This document shows positions 49,341-58,832 of a stretch of DNA of 64,000 nt, one piece after another; the stretch's first letter is position 1, and every line of letters begins with the position of its first letter. This DNA comes from a virus: positions 7,378 through 71,377 of IMG/VR virus record IMGVR_UViG_3300025140_000080; one strand, 5' to 3'. The translations under genes and the position numbers were made by a program. The notes beneath the pieces are model-generated. The model was not told the DNA's origin, searched no databases, and was given only the letters and a program-made list of their open reading frames with translations.

Positions 49341-49646
49341 TTATTTTTCATCACGAAAGGATTCAAATTGATCTTCACACCAGATTGGCGTTTTCACACC
49401 CATATATGCTCCGCTTACATTGAAGTTGAAATGCTCAACAGCTTCTTCCCATAACAGTCCATCACGTTTGATTAATATATCCAAACATTTGGATACTGAA
49501 TAGATTAGTCTCATAGTGGCTTCATCAACGCCTATAATTGCTTCGTCGAAGCCATCGGCTTTTAAAAATGTTTCGTCATCATATGATTCGATGATATCTT
49601 GAAGTATGCTCACAATTCCTCTGGTTTTAAGGGTTTTGGCATCCAA
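49341..49646 (-). CDS. conserved phage hypothetical protein
   Basis: ADGFDEAIIG..RLIYS..EEA.EHFNFNV.GAYMG..TP. Confidence 0.6.
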   Translation of the reverse strand: MDAKTLKTRGIVSILQDIIESYDDETFLKADGFDEAIIGVDEATMRLIYSVSKCLDILIKRDGLLWEEAVEHFNFNVSGAYMGVKTPIWCEDQFESFRDEK

Positions 49647-49828
49647 TGAGTTACATTATTCCAGTATAATACTGATATTCTATCACCAATTGTCGCATAG
49701 CGTTGAGCCTGAAAGCCACCTCCGATACCATCGAAATAGATAGCCATTACAGCAGATGTGCCATTCCAGCAAATAACCTCTCGACCATTTGCTGGAAATT
49801 GTGCTTCTAATTTAATCCAATTATTCAT
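49610..49828 (-). CDS. DUF551-like protein
   Basis: WIK....P....V.C...VTHWMP.P. Confidence 0.6.
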   Translation of the reverse strand: MNNWIKLEAQFPANGREVICWNGTSAVMAIYFDGIGGGFQAQRYATIGDRISVLYWNNVTHWMPKPLKPEEL

Positions 49829-50189
49829 TTACTACAGGATAAGGTAATTCAACGTAAACATCTGAGCCTTCTTTAATGGATTCGGCATCTTCTTCTGAGC
49901 CAAATACAAAACTCAAATTTCTACAATTGCTAAGATCGCCGATAATAGCTGAACCGCAATACCATGCGTCACTATCTGGGAATACATTACGCATTAATGA
50001 TAATTGCGATAGCAATAATGACTTAACTGTTAACAGATAATATTCAGCAGGACTAAATCCTTTGAATGAACCATTATTATTTGATAATTCCTTTGTCGGA
50101 ATTATTTCGCCGTTACATTGTTCAGCTGTTGCAATTACCTCGCCGTCAAATTCTAAGACAGTTCCTTCTACTTCGTTCTCTTTATACAT
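49821..50189 (-). CDS. hypothetical protein
   Basis: Colinear ORF. Confidence 0.55.
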   Translation of the reverse strand: MYKENEVEGTVLEFDGEVIATAEQCNGEIIPTKELSNNNGSFKGFSPAEYYLLTVKSLLLSQLSLMRNVFPDSDAWYCGSAIIGDLSNCRNLSFVFGSEEDAESIKEGSDVYVELPYPVVNE

Positions 50190-50196
50190 GTTTTTA

Positions 50197-50349
50197 TTAT
50201 TTATGATTGTTATTATCCTGTGCGAATATTTTTCGTAGAAATTTCTTTCTTAGATACTTTTTGAAAAACCCTTTCTTATACCAAGGGTATGGATTTTTCT
50301 GTCCCTCTTCCCAATAAGCAATTTCTGTTTTTGGGTTGGGTATTTTCAC
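50197..50349 (-). CDS. 50-aa basic microprotein (not in ORF track)
   Basis: GTG start overlapping upstream TGA; MKIPNPKTEIAYWEEG...KKYLRKKFLRKIF. Confidence 0.4.
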   Translation of the reverse strand: MKIPNPKTEIAYWEEGQKNPYPWYKKGFFKKYLRKKFLRKIFAQDNNNHK

Positions 50350-50627
50350 AATTCCTTAAATTCTTTGGCTAATTTAAATCTCTCATGTCTAATGAAATCT
50401 TTAATCATTTCGATTAAGACAGGATTTAATACGAAAGGGACTTTCATGGTTTCCCGATCATCGTCATTACCGTCAAATTCGATGATTAGCCTTGGGTTTC
50501 TACTTCCGCAGTTTGTTACGTTACCATTTTCATCTTCGGCAATCCAATCAAAGCAATCCAAAAGGTCATCAGATTTTTTGATTTTTTCGTGAAGATCATT
50601 TCCTAATTTCAGTTCATCTATTTCCAT
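50346..50627 (-). CDS. hypothetical protein
   Basis: Directly behind early motif. Confidence 0.6.
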   Translation of the reverse strand: MEIDELKLGNDLHEKIKKSDDLLDCFDWIAEDENGNVTNCGSRNPRLIIEFDGNDDDRETMKVPFVLNPVLIEMIKDFIRHERFKLAKEFKEL

Positions 50628-50645
50628 TATCGTGAATTTTATTTA

Positions 50646-50675
50646 TTATACGTGAAAAATATGTATTTGTTACAA
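50646..50675 (-). promoter_or_regulatory. early-type motif
   Basis: TTGTAAC-N14-CACGTATAA. Confidence 0.7.
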
Positions 50676-50687
50676 ATTTGGTGAATT

Positions 50688-50792
50688 TTATTTATCGATA
50701 ACATCAGCACAAACCACAGAATTACAATTTGGACAAATAACGCTATAATGTATAATACCACAACTTAGGCATTTAACTCTTTTATCTTCCAT
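50688..50792 (-). CDS. 34-aa zinc-ribbon microprotein (not in ORF track)
   Basis: MEDKRVKCLSCGIIHYSVICPNCNSVVCADVIDK. Confidence 0.5.
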   Translation of the reverse strand: MEDKRVKCLSCGIIHYSVICPNCNSVVCADVIDK

Positions 50793-51549
50793 TTGTAAAA
50801 AAATATTTAAACGTTTTATATGATTCGAATAAATCGGCTGTTGTATAAATGCTTGATTTTATTTGCGATGCATATTTAGACATCCAGCCACCGCCACATT
50901 TAATATAGCCTTCTCCACAATATTCAGCAAATTCAAATGCCATCGTTTTAGGGATAAGCTTACATAGAATTTTGTCTTTTTCACGCTGTTCTTCAACCCA
51001 AGCTGTTAGGGTTTCCTCGCTTTCATCTTCAAGAGCTTTATCAAGTTTTGTTTCCATTTCAGCTAAAACCTCTGTAGTTATATTGGTGGAAATATCATTT
51101 CTCTTATGTAATTCGATTATTTCTTCGGCATTAAATAACGGTTCGATTATTTTACAATGAACCAAATCATTGAATACGAACAGTTTAGCTTTATGATAAT
51201 CTTGTCCCATTTCTTCCAAATATGCCACATCAACACCAGTTGGTCGTGTTATAAGCCATTCAGCTATAAATTCATCCGTAAATGTTGGCAGTTCATACAT
51301 TTTTGGAAATATAGCGACTATCATCACGTTAGGTTCATTTGTTTTTGATTGATGTATCTCACCATCATAATATATGGGCGAGTTCCTTGGTACGAAACTT
51401 TCATCCGATAGTAATGCTAACTGGAAGTAATGTCGAGGCACTGTAAACAGAGAGGTTGTCACGCACCAGTCGCCGTCACCCAAATCGCATGATAAGCATG
51501 GAAAGGATATGATATCCTTAAATTCTATTGTTGTAATATTTTTATGCAT
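50782..51549 (-). CDS. hypothetical protein
   Basis: 255-aa ORF. Confidence 0.6.
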   Translation of the reverse strand: MHKNITTIEFKDIISFPCLSCDLGDGDWCVTTSLFTVPRHYFQLALLSDESFVPRNSPIYYDGEIHQSKTNEPNVMIVAIFPKMYELPTFTDEFIAEWLITRPTGVDVAYLEEMGQDYHKAKLFVFNDLVHCKIIEPLFNAEEIIELHKRNDISTNITTEVLAEMETKLDKALEDESEETLTAWVEEQREKDKILCKLIPKTMAFEFAEYCGEGYIKCGGGWMSKYASQIKSSIYTTADLFESYKTFKYFFTNGR

Positions 51550-51697
51550 GATTTTTTCTTATATATGTTAATTCGAATGTTGGGTGAATTCCGCTGCTTT
51601 GGTTTTCCTTTAGTACTTGCACTAATTCGTCGAGACGTACAGTTGCGTGTGATGTAATCTTTTCTGAAATTTCTTTATCATATAATACAAAGTCCAT
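51542..51697 (-). CDS. 51-aa hypothetical protein (not in ORF track)
   Basis: Fills gap, overlaps next start; MDFVLYDKEISEK... Confidence 0.4.
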   Translation of the reverse strand: MDFVLYDKEISEKITSHATVRLDELVQVLKENQSSGIHPTFELTYIRKNHA

Positions 51698-51702
51698 AAT
51701 AT

Positions 51703-52218
51703 TTATTTTTTACGTTCTACGGTGCAAATTGTGTCGTTATGTATTCCGCCATGTGCAACCATCAATATTTCAAGCTGTTCAAAATTTAATGTTTTACCGA
51801 TGCCGTTTGAGTTCCAACCGAATGAGATCACTAATCCATTAGGCTTAACTATTCGAGCAATTTCTTTTTTTAAATTACCCCAGAAGCTTGCTTGGGTTGT
51901 CTGCATATTCACAGTCCTACCAAATTTCTTATAGCATTCAGATACCTGACGTGTTGAATATGGTGGGTCGTATAAGACAAAATCGACGCTATTATCCTTA
52001 AATAATTTCAAAAAGTCCATAGCATCTAAATTATACGTAGTTCCCATGTCAGGGTCTAAGTCATTGGTAATGCTTGCAATTTTATTCAAATTAGCGAAAG
52101 GGTCAATACTTACAACACCGTCAGCATGATACTTACCGATCAGTTTCTTAATGCATCTAATGTCGAATGTTCGACTATTAGGCATTTCCCACACACGATT
52201 AAATATTAGTTCTGCCAT
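51703..52218 (-). CDS. N6-adenine methyltransferase-like protein (start revised)
   Basis: SIDPFAN (motif I-like), VLYDPPYS.RQ..E.Y. Confidence 0.7.
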   Translation of the reverse strand: MAELIFNRVWEMPNSRTFDIRCIKKLIGKYHADGVVSIDPFANLNKIASITNDLDPDMGTTYNLDAMDFLKLFKDNSVDFVLYDPPYSTRQVSECYKKFGRTVNMQTTQASFWGNLKKEIARIVKPNGLVISFGWNSNGIGKTLNFEQLEILMVAHGGIHNDTICTVERKK

Positions 52219-52222
52219 TATA

Positions 52223-53281
52223 TTAGTTAAACATACCGTCACCACCTTTCGGTGCTAAGGCTTGTTGATATTCCTTTTCAGTGTATACTGGCTTATGGTC
52301 GTAAATATATTTATCAGCAGCTTTTTTTGATGTGAATAGAGTGTTTAGATACCTGCTGTAATCATAATCCATAGGAAAACAAATAAGTGAGATACCGTAA
52401 TTTTCACCCACATAAAAGTAGTCGTAATTATTAAAATTTTTCTCAGTAATTATAACGCCATCGGCTGTTGTGAATAGCATATCGACCAATACAGCTTTTT
52501 CAAGAGATATATATGTTAATACAGAGTCTTTTGAGTATATTTTTATGTCGGAAAAATTAGCAGATATCATAAATCTCTCAATAGCACAAACACTGTTATT
52601 ACTGCTAACTATTTTATCCCCAAGAGTAAAATTAACACCATCAGATTCTCTGCGAACAGTTTTTATATGGAGATTTTTATTAACGAAATGAGCTAAATCG
52701 GCATAGCTGTATTCGTCTTTACCGTTAACGGTATACATACCATTCTTTTTTAAATAATATTCGCTGAAACCGTCAGCATATCGTAAAACCTTGAAAGATT
52801 TCTCAATCTCTTTCCAATTGTCTGTAAACATTATAAAATCTTCAAGTTTTAAACCTTTATATCCGACATATCCAACTACACCTAATTCAGGACTATTTGG
52901 GTATCTCTTTATTAATTCAAATCTACGCATATTTTTAATATTCGCTTTTTTTGCGAATAGCACGTTACCGCCATATGCTATTTTATCACGAGCCGAATTT
53001 TTCAATAGAATTGACCCACCCTCATAACTGATTTTATCTATCGTTAAAATTTTCTCTTCACACCAGATAAAGCTGTCGCCTATATGGAATTCAACGTTAT
53101 CAGTGAGTCTTTTTACACTAAAAATTTCGTAATTGTCAGTGTCAAATAAAAAGGATTCAGCCTTATACCAATTATTATTCGCTGCGCATATATCGCCTGT
53201 GTGATATAATCCGTCTTTTTGAAGCGGAATAATACCTTTAGCCTGAATATCCCTGAATGCTGTTATTAATAAATCTTTCAT
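52223..53281 (-). CDS. hypothetical protein with internal domain duplication
   Basis: SVKRLTDNVEFHIGD vs TVRRESDGVNFTLGD. Confidence 0.65.
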   Translation of the reverse strand: MKDLLITAFRDIQAKGIIPLQKDGLYHTGDICAANNNWYKAESFLFDTDNYEIFSVKRLTDNVEFHIGDSFIWCEEKILTIDKISYEGGSILLKNSARDKIAYGGNVLFAKKANIKNMRRFELIKRYPNSPELGVVGYVGYKGLKLEDFIMFTDNWKEIEKSFKVLRYADGFSEYYLKKNGMYTVNGKDEYSYADLAHFVNKNLHIKTVRRESDGVNFTLGDKIVSSNNSVCAIERFMISANFSDIKIYSKDSVLTYISLEKAVLVDMLFTTADGVIITEKNFNNYDYFYVGENYGISLICFPMDYDYSRYLNTLFTSKKAADKYIYDHKPVYTEKEYQQALAPKGGDGMFN

Positions 53282-53290
53282 ATTGTATTT

Positions 53291-53491
53291 TTATTTAAAA
53301 CTAATGAATGCGAATAGCCAATTATGATAATCCCATTTTCCAGAGTCCATCCCAACTGATTGCCAGACATAGCCCCCATCAGTAGAATATAAAACTGTTC
53401 CGCAATGATAAGCATGTTGAGCATAAACTTTTTGTATTTCTGTGACGTCGTATATTTTGAATTTTGCGCCTGTATTTCTTATTTCCGCCAT
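53291..53491 (-). CDS. hypothetical protein
   Basis: Coupled ORF. Confidence 0.5.
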   Translation of the reverse strand: MAEIRNTGAKFKIYDVTEIQKVYAQHAYHCGTVLYSTDGGYVWQSVGMDSGKWDYHNWLFAFISFK

Positions 53492-54180
53492 TAGTAAGCT
53501 AAATTACGTATATATTCGCCATACCATCTTGAAAACATGAATGGTAGTATTTTGTGATCAGCAAATCCGTATAATCCACAGCTAAAAAAGTCATGAACCT
53601 CAATTACCGAAGTCCATCCGCCTTTTGTAATTGCAACATCTAATGTGTATGCTATGGGTGCTGACTTATAAGCATTAATCATACATTGAATTGAGTACAC
53701 GTTGGGAAACTCGGTAAAACTTCCAGAATAATTTTGAAGCCCAACTAACTTACCATTGTATACAAATGCTCTCCATTCGCTCTCAATCTCGATAATATCA
53801 GATATTTGGTAGTTACCCATTGGTGCATGATCGCAAATCTCTGCGAATGACTTGATGTGGTCACTCGATTTTACAAATGACTTCTGAACAATGTCCAGTT
53901 CAGTACCGTTCTTCACATGCCTATGGGTAAATTCATGTGACATTAATTCAGCTGGTATATTTATAGGCTTAGGTCTACTACCTGAATATTTCTCAATGTA
54001 GTCGCTAACAAACTCAACAGTACCTATCGGCACAAAACCAGCTGGCATTGAGTTTTCAGTGAGCCTGTACGTCACTATTTTTTCGTCTGAAATCCAGTTT
54101 AGATACTCAATACTCTCAAGCAATGTGAAGGCAAAATCATGTATTACTCTGCCTTTATCTATTTGAATTAAAAATTTCAT
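53491..54180 (-). CDS. ATP-grasp domain protein, R2K/DUF4343-like (start revised)
   Basis: PIGTVEFV, FVKS....K, EWRAFV..G, YTLDV, VIEVHD..SCGLYG. Confidence 0.7.
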   Translation of the reverse strand: MKFLIQIDKGRVIHDFAFTLLESIEYLNWISDEKIVTYRLTENSMPAGFVPIGTVEFVSDYIEKYSGSRPKPINIPAELMSHEFTHRHVKNGTELDIVQKSFVKSSDHIKSFAEICDHAPMGNYQISDIIEIESEWRAFVYNGKLVGLQNYSGSFTEFPNVYSIQCMINAYKSAPIAYTLDVAITKGGWTSVIEVHDFFSCGLYGFADHKILPFMFSRWYGEYIRNLAY

Positions 54181-54509
54181 TATTTTCTGTATTTGATATC
54201 GCCAGACATAGTAGATACGCCACCGCCGATATTTTCGCATTTAACATCGCCAGACATAGTTTTAACACTGCCAGTAACATTACCAGTTATATCAACGTCG
54301 CCAGACATAGTAGACACTGTGTCCACATCACCAGTTATTTGTAGTGTATCGCAAGTATCCACATTCAATTTATCGATGTTACCGTCAACAACAATGTTGA
54401 TTTTTTTTGAATCAGGTGTTACGTCAACGCCATCAATTATAACCTTTCCTTTGGAAATAACTATGTTGTTGCCACTATAACTCATATTATTTATTCTCAT
54501 CATACTCAT
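54180..54509 (-). CDS. small beta-solenoid repeat protein (DUF4097-like)
   Basis: Repeated (V)xTMSGD(V/I) x3. Confidence 0.65.
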   Translation of the reverse strand: MSMMRINNMSYSGNNIVISKGKVIIDGVDVTPDSKKINIVVDGNIDKLNVDTCDTLQITGDVDTVSTMSGDVDITGNVTGSVKTMSGDVKCENIGGGVSTMSGDIKYRK

Positions 54510-54519
54510 ATTTTCTTAG

Positions 54520-54549
54520 TTATACGTAAATAATTATATAAGGTTACAA
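54520..54549 (-). promoter_or_regulatory. early-type motif
   Basis: Exact match. Confidence 0.75.
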
Positions 54550-54942
54550 TTAAAATGTGTTTATTAGCATATAAGTCAATATTAATTGTGCGTAATGTAT
54601 AAACTGATCTAAGCCAATTACGCTAAAAAATGCTGGAAAGCCATAAAATTTTTCTTTCTTATGAAGCTTCGAAGTCCATCTACTTGTAATATAATCCACC
54701 ATGAAATGCGTTTGAAATGTGATGCAGACAAATACCATTACTTGCTCAAGTCTAAAAAAGAATATACCTGCGAACAGCCACACAAGCGAATATATGCAAA
54801 CATGTGTAAAAAGATGAAAATTGCTTGTACTTTTCTTCGTAGCCATTTCGAAAGTCTGACAAAGGAAATCCCCAACCCAATGTATGAAGATAATGATGAT
54901 TATAATATATTCTACTCTCATGTTCTTAATATATATCCCCAT
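54550..54942 (-). CDS. DUF3307-family membrane protein
   Basis: HWVGDF..Q...MA..K, HV..Y, HF..D, GLDQ.IH. Confidence 0.75.
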   Translation of the reverse strand: MGIYIKNMRVEYIIIIIIFIHWVGDFLCQTFEMATKKSTSNFHLFTHVCIYSLVWLFAGIFFFRLEQVMVFVCITFQTHFMVDYITSRWTSKLHKKEKFYGFPAFFSVIGLDQFIHYAQLILTYMLINTF

Positions 54943-55171
54943 TCCATTTGATTGATATGATCGGCAGTATGGTAAGATTTTTGTATTTTAATTTATCCTT
55001 ATTCTCGATGATTTCTCGCATCGCAAGATCGTATGTATCGTGATTCGACGAAATCATCGGTTCATCGAGTTCTTCAAGTACATTGCGCACCAATTCTTTA
55101 ACATAATAGCCATCTGGAACCATTTTTTGTAAAATGTTTGGCTGGGTAAGTTCGTAGATGATGTATTTCAT
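54926..55171 (-). CDS. hypothetical protein
   Basis: Colinear ORF. Confidence 0.55.
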   Translation of the reverse strand: MKYIIYELTQPNILQKMVPDGYYVKELVRNVLEELDEPMISSNHDTYDLAMREIIENKDKLKYKNLTILPIISIKWNGDIY

Positions 55172-55617
55172 AATTTAATTTGTTTTAATGCTGTTAATAA
55201 ACCTGCTTCCATTGCTTCTTCATATGAATTGAAAAACGGCGTAGATTCAGATACCATATATGTTACACCGACTGGTATTTTTTGCACCTCGAAATACCAG
55301 TTTTCTTCGAATACATTTAAAGAAATATCAACTCGAACGTGTAAATTATATTTCTCTCTCAACCATCGTTGTAATAAACTTTGATTTGGTGCTGAACATA
55401 TACGCCAGTTATTATTATCGGTATTCTGACTATTATAATTGCGCATAGCAGCATCTATAACTTCGCCCTTTTCAAATTGAATTTTTGTTGAATCATACTC
55501 AATGATATCTTTCTTAGCTATTTCATACCACTGATCACAATATTCGTCAAACCCAAGGTCTTTAGCGATTATAGCTGTTTCAGGCTTAATCCTCTCATTA
55601 ATAATAGGCGTTCTCAT
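55168..55617 (-). CDS. conserved phage hypothetical protein
   Basis: SAPNQSLLQRWLRE..., YEEAMEAGL. Confidence 0.6.
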   Translation of the reverse strand: MRTPIINERIKPETAIIAKDLGFDEYCDQWYEIAKKDIIEYDSTKIQFEKGEVIDAAMRNYNSQNTDNNNWRICSAPNQSLLQRWLREKYNLHVRVDISLNVFEENWYFEVQKIPVGVTYMVSESTPFFNSYEEAMEAGLLTALKQIKL

Positions 55618-56081
55618 GATTTTATTAAGTCATTAAAGTCTATTGAATTATCAGCCCTTGTTACAAGATTCCTTTGAATCAATTCGTTCAAGTCTTTACA
55701 ATTCTTTTGCGTATTAAAGAACATAAATGATTTGAATTTCTCAATCCATATATCATGAATATTTGAGAGTTTAAACGTTCTTTCGTTGTGTGACATTGAG
55801 GTGTAATGACATTCAGGGTCTATAATTGCATGAATTTCACATCCTCTGTATCTAAGACCAAAACAAACCGTACTATATGGATTGTTAAATCTTTCAATCT
55901 TACCAAATGATGATAAGTCAATATAATACGGAAGAATAATGTCAAGATCACCTGCGTCTCTTTCTATAAGCTGATTATGCATTATTAATGCGAGTGAGCC
56001 TGTTAAAATCGCCATATCTTTTGTGAAATCGCTTATTTCGCTAAAAATGCTTAATTTCTGATTATTCAATGCGTTCTCCAT
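55614..56081 (-). CDS. Pol-beta superfamily minimal nucleotidyltransferase
   Basis: LTGSLAL......RDAGDLDII. Confidence 0.6.
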   Translation of the reverse strand: MENALNNQKLSIFSEISDFTKDMAILTGSLALIMHNQLIERDAGDLDIILPYYIDLSSFGKIERFNNPYSTVCFGLRYRGCEIHAIIDPECHYTSMSHNERTFKLSNIHDIWIEKFKSFMFFNTQKNCKDLNELIQRNLVTRADNSIDFNDLIKS

Positions 56082-56098
56082 TTATTTAATTTTCTTAG

Positions 56099-56128
56099 TT
56101 ATACGTAAAGCCACGTAAAAGGTTACAA
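56099..56128 (-). promoter_or_regulatory. early-type motif overlapping 13-bp inverted repeat (56106-56141)
   Basis: Exact match; IR TAAAGCCACGTAA/TTACGTGGCTTTA. Confidence 0.75.
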
Positions 56129-56144
56129 TTACGTGGCTTTATTT

Positions 56145-57470
56145 TTACTGATTTTTCTTCGAACGTCTTGGAGCGGCTGTTGAATCCTTAATATTCAAAA
56201 TAGGTTTTACCCTATGAAGAATTGTTGCGGTATCTTGAATCGCTTCTTCGATCATTTTAGAATCTTTGTAGGCAAAAACCGATTCATCAATAGTCGAATT
56301 ACATACTGATGTTGAATAGATTCCTTTCATTGATTCTTCAACCATTTCAAGAGTGATCAATTCCTTAGCTTTCGATCTTGAATAGAGTCTACCTGCTCCG
56401 TGTGGCGCAGAGTTATTCCAGTCAGGATTTGATTTACCTTCGCAGATAAGCATACCATCCTTTTGATTAAAAGGAATAATCATTTTTTGACCCACATATG
56501 ATGAAATAGAGCCTTTTCTGATGATGAAGTCATGAAAGTCGACATAGTTATGCACTGATGAAATAACTTCGTCAAAAGCCTTCACTTTCAAAATCTTTTG
56601 GATTATATCAAGTATAGTCTGACGATTCCATTCAGCATATTTTTGAGCAAAGATCATATCAAACAAATATCCTACGGACAATTCATCTGAAAGGTAATCA
56701 CGATCAATACCCTTTTTATATTTCTCTCTTAATTCCTTCATCAACTGAGGTATTGTTGATCTATCCACAGTATTCTTAACCAAAGCATCGAATTCCGCAA
56801 GATATTCAGGTGAGGTATCATTTGACTGTGTTTTAGCTTGGTTCAGCCAGTACTCACATACCTTAACACCTAAGTTTCTTGAACCACAGTGAACTGTAAT
56901 CCAGTTATCCTTTGACTCTTCGTCATACCCAAGTTCAATGAAGTGATTACCACCACCTAAAGTTCCGATTGACTTGAATAACTTCTCAGCATCCATACCA
57001 ATAGTCTTTAGCTTAGTTTTCAGCCATTTCTCATTGTAAGAAGGCGCAACATAAGAAGTACCAAACTTTTCATTATACTTTTCAGCAAATTTGTTCGCTA
57101 ATTCCTGTACTTCGGCATATGGAATCTTTTTCGACTTAGCACCCTCATGAACATTAAATCCCATAGGAACTAATTTCTTGATCTTTTCATCGATCATGGC
57201 TAAGTCTAATACGCCATTTGCTTTAAATCTGCCTGACAGCATTCCGCAGCCAATATCAACGCCACACCAGTTCGGATTCAAATACTGACCCAATTCCATA
57301 GTGAAACCGATACAGATACCTTTACCAATATGGGCATCTGGCATAATACGAACCTTTAAGCCTTTGGATACATATGAGTTAATGATTGGGTAGATTTGCT
57401 CGAATAAACCGTCCTCATAATTATCTAAATATAAAATAGCATCTGTGTGCTTTCCTTTTAAATCAAACAT
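56145..57470 (-). CDS. rtcB: RNA 2',3'-cyclic-phosphate/3'-phosphate:5'-OH ligase RtcB
   Basis: MPDAH.G, GVDIGCGM, GTLGGGNHFIE, HCGSRN.G, HNY, RKG, HGAGR..SR, AYKD. Confidence 0.95.
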   Translation of the reverse strand: MFDLKGKHTDAILYLDNYEDGLFEQIYPIINSYVSKGLKVRIMPDAHIGKGICIGFTMELGQYLNPNWCGVDIGCGMLSGRFKANGVLDLAMIDEKIKKLVPMGFNVHEGAKSKKIPYAEVQELANKFAEKYNEKFGTSYVAPSYNEKWLKTKLKTIGMDAEKLFKSIGTLGGGNHFIELGYDEESKDNWITVHCGSRNLGVKVCEYWLNQAKTQSNDTSPEYLAEFDALVKNTVDRSTIPQLMKELREKYKKGIDRDYLSDELSVGYLFDMIFAQKYAEWNRQTILDIIQKILKVKAFDEVISSVHNYVDFHDFIIRKGSISSYVGQKMIIPFNQKDGMLICEGKSNPDWNNSAPHGAGRLYSRSKAKELITLEMVEESMKGIYSTSVCNSTIDESVFAYKDSKMIEEAIQDTATILHRVKPILNIKDSTAAPRRSKKNQ

Positions 57471-57495
57471 CTTGTAATTTTTAATTGTTTCTTAA

Positions 57496-57525
57496 TTATA
57501 CGTAAAGAAGATTAAAAGGTTACAA
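57496..57525 (-). promoter_or_regulatory. early-type motif upstream of rtcB
   Basis: Exact match. Confidence 0.75.
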
Positions 57526-57537
57526 AATAAAATGACT

Positions 57538-57852
57538 TTATTGCTTTAATTTTGCAGGTGCTTTTATATCTTTCCAATATTTAATGACTGACTCATTATA
57601 AGCCCATCCATTACCGTTCCATGTTTCCCAATGTGTTTTACCATCTTTGCGGCAGATGAAATATTTGCCAGAAACTTTTGGTCGTGATTCTTTTATAAAA
57701 AAATCATATGGAATCCAGTTTGCATCATCTTGGTTAGCTTTAACAAGCTTTTCGATAGCCGCTTCTTTCATGAAGTCTAATACTTCGTCTGGTATTGTCT
57801 GATCAATCTCCCTGATCCTACAGTACGCATTGATTATATCCTTTTCTGTCAT
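57538..57852 (-). CDS. hypothetical protein
   Basis: Colinear ORF. Confidence 0.55.
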   Translation of the reverse strand: MTEKDIINAYCRIREIDQTIPDEVLDFMKEAAIEKLVKANQDDANWIPYDFFIKESRPKVSGKYFICRKDGKTHWETWNGNGWAYNESVIKYWKDIKAPAKLKQ

Positions 57853-57922
57853 GGTTTTTAAATAAAATGAGTGCTACATGCAAATTGATCAAATTCGTAT
57901 TTTTTCTTTTTTGTCTTTGTCA

Positions 57923-58135
57923 TTATGAGTATTTTTTTATGAATTCAGCCTTTATTTCTAAGTCATCAGAATTTTGAGCGAAGTATGCTGCATTACACTC
58001 GATTTCAGATTTGAAAGCCGACCACCAGTTAAGCATTTCACAATTGTCACATCCGTCTGGATACTCTTCACTATAAACACCACCTACTTTACATGCTCTG
58101 ATTGTCACAACAGGACACATTAATTTATCTGCCAT
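57923..58135 (-). CDS. hypothetical Cys-containing protein
   Basis: CP....C......CDNC. Confidence 0.5.
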   Translation of the reverse strand: MADKLMCPVVTIRACKVGGVYSEEYPDGCDNCEMLNWWSAFKSEIECNAAYFAQNSDDLEIKAEFIKKYS

Positions 58136-58136
58136 T

Positions 58137-58370
58137 TTAATTTCGTGTATTTACGATTCTAAAATCATTATAATCAATAGATTCGAGTGCCTCTATTTGC
58201 CTCTTTAGTCTGAGTATTTCTATAAGCACTTCGGCTTTAAGACTTTGGATTGCCTCATTAATATCAGAACCGTACCCAGCTGTGGGTATATCTTCTCTAA
58301 CAATATCGATAGTAGCTTCGAATGATTGCCACTTTTCTTTCTTATCATCATAGATTTTAATCGGCATCAC
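58137..58370 (-). CDS. hypothetical protein
   Basis: Colinear ORF. Confidence 0.5.
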   Translation of the reverse strand: MMPIKIYDDKKEKWQSFEATIDIVREDIPTAGYGSDINEAIQSLKAEVLIEILRLKRQIEALESIDYNDFRIVNTRN

Positions 58371-58722
58371 GTTCTATTTTTAGTTTTTTTAGCATTTTTA
58401 CTTGTCTCTCCATTTCTTTAAGCATTTCATCGAAGAATTTAGGTGATGAATACATTTGATTTCGTGTTCTTTCAGAGTATGCATTCATTTCGCACACAGT
58501 ATTACCCATATGAACATATATAGTGCTATCATCCATATGTCTCGGTGCTTGAACCGTAACAAGATTTGCATGATACCCTAAGCCAAATGAACCCTCATTC
58601 CAGTCTTGTCTGGAATACACGCCAGAGCATGCATTATGTACTTTTTCTGCAAATTCTTTTGGAAATTTTGTGATCTGATCGCAGCCGTCATTATAAATTG
58701 TAATTGTGGTTAAATATCCCAT
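58357..58722 (-). CDS. hypothetical protein
   Basis: Directly behind early motif. Confidence 0.6.
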   Translation of the reverse strand: MGYLTTITIYNDGCDQITKFPKEFAEKVHNACSGVYSRQDWNEGSFGLGYHANLVTVQAPRHMDDSTIYVHMGNTVCEMNAYSERTRNQMYSSPKFFDEMLKEMERQVKMLKKLKIERDAD

Positions 58723-58741
58723 AGTGTTTATTTTTTATCTA

Positions 58742-58771
58742 TTATACGTAACACATTATTTTTTGTTACAA
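58742..58771 (-). promoter_or_regulatory. early-type motif
   Basis: Exact match. Confidence 0.75.
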
Positions 58772-58801
58772 AAAAAGCTGGATATTTTTTAGATATCCAG
58801 C
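58770..58801 (-). terminator. intrinsic terminator
   Basis: GCTGGATAT/ATATCCAGC then U7 on - strand. Confidence 0.75.
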
Positions 58802-58832
58802 CATACTATGAAAGGGAGAAAGGGTGTTCTAA

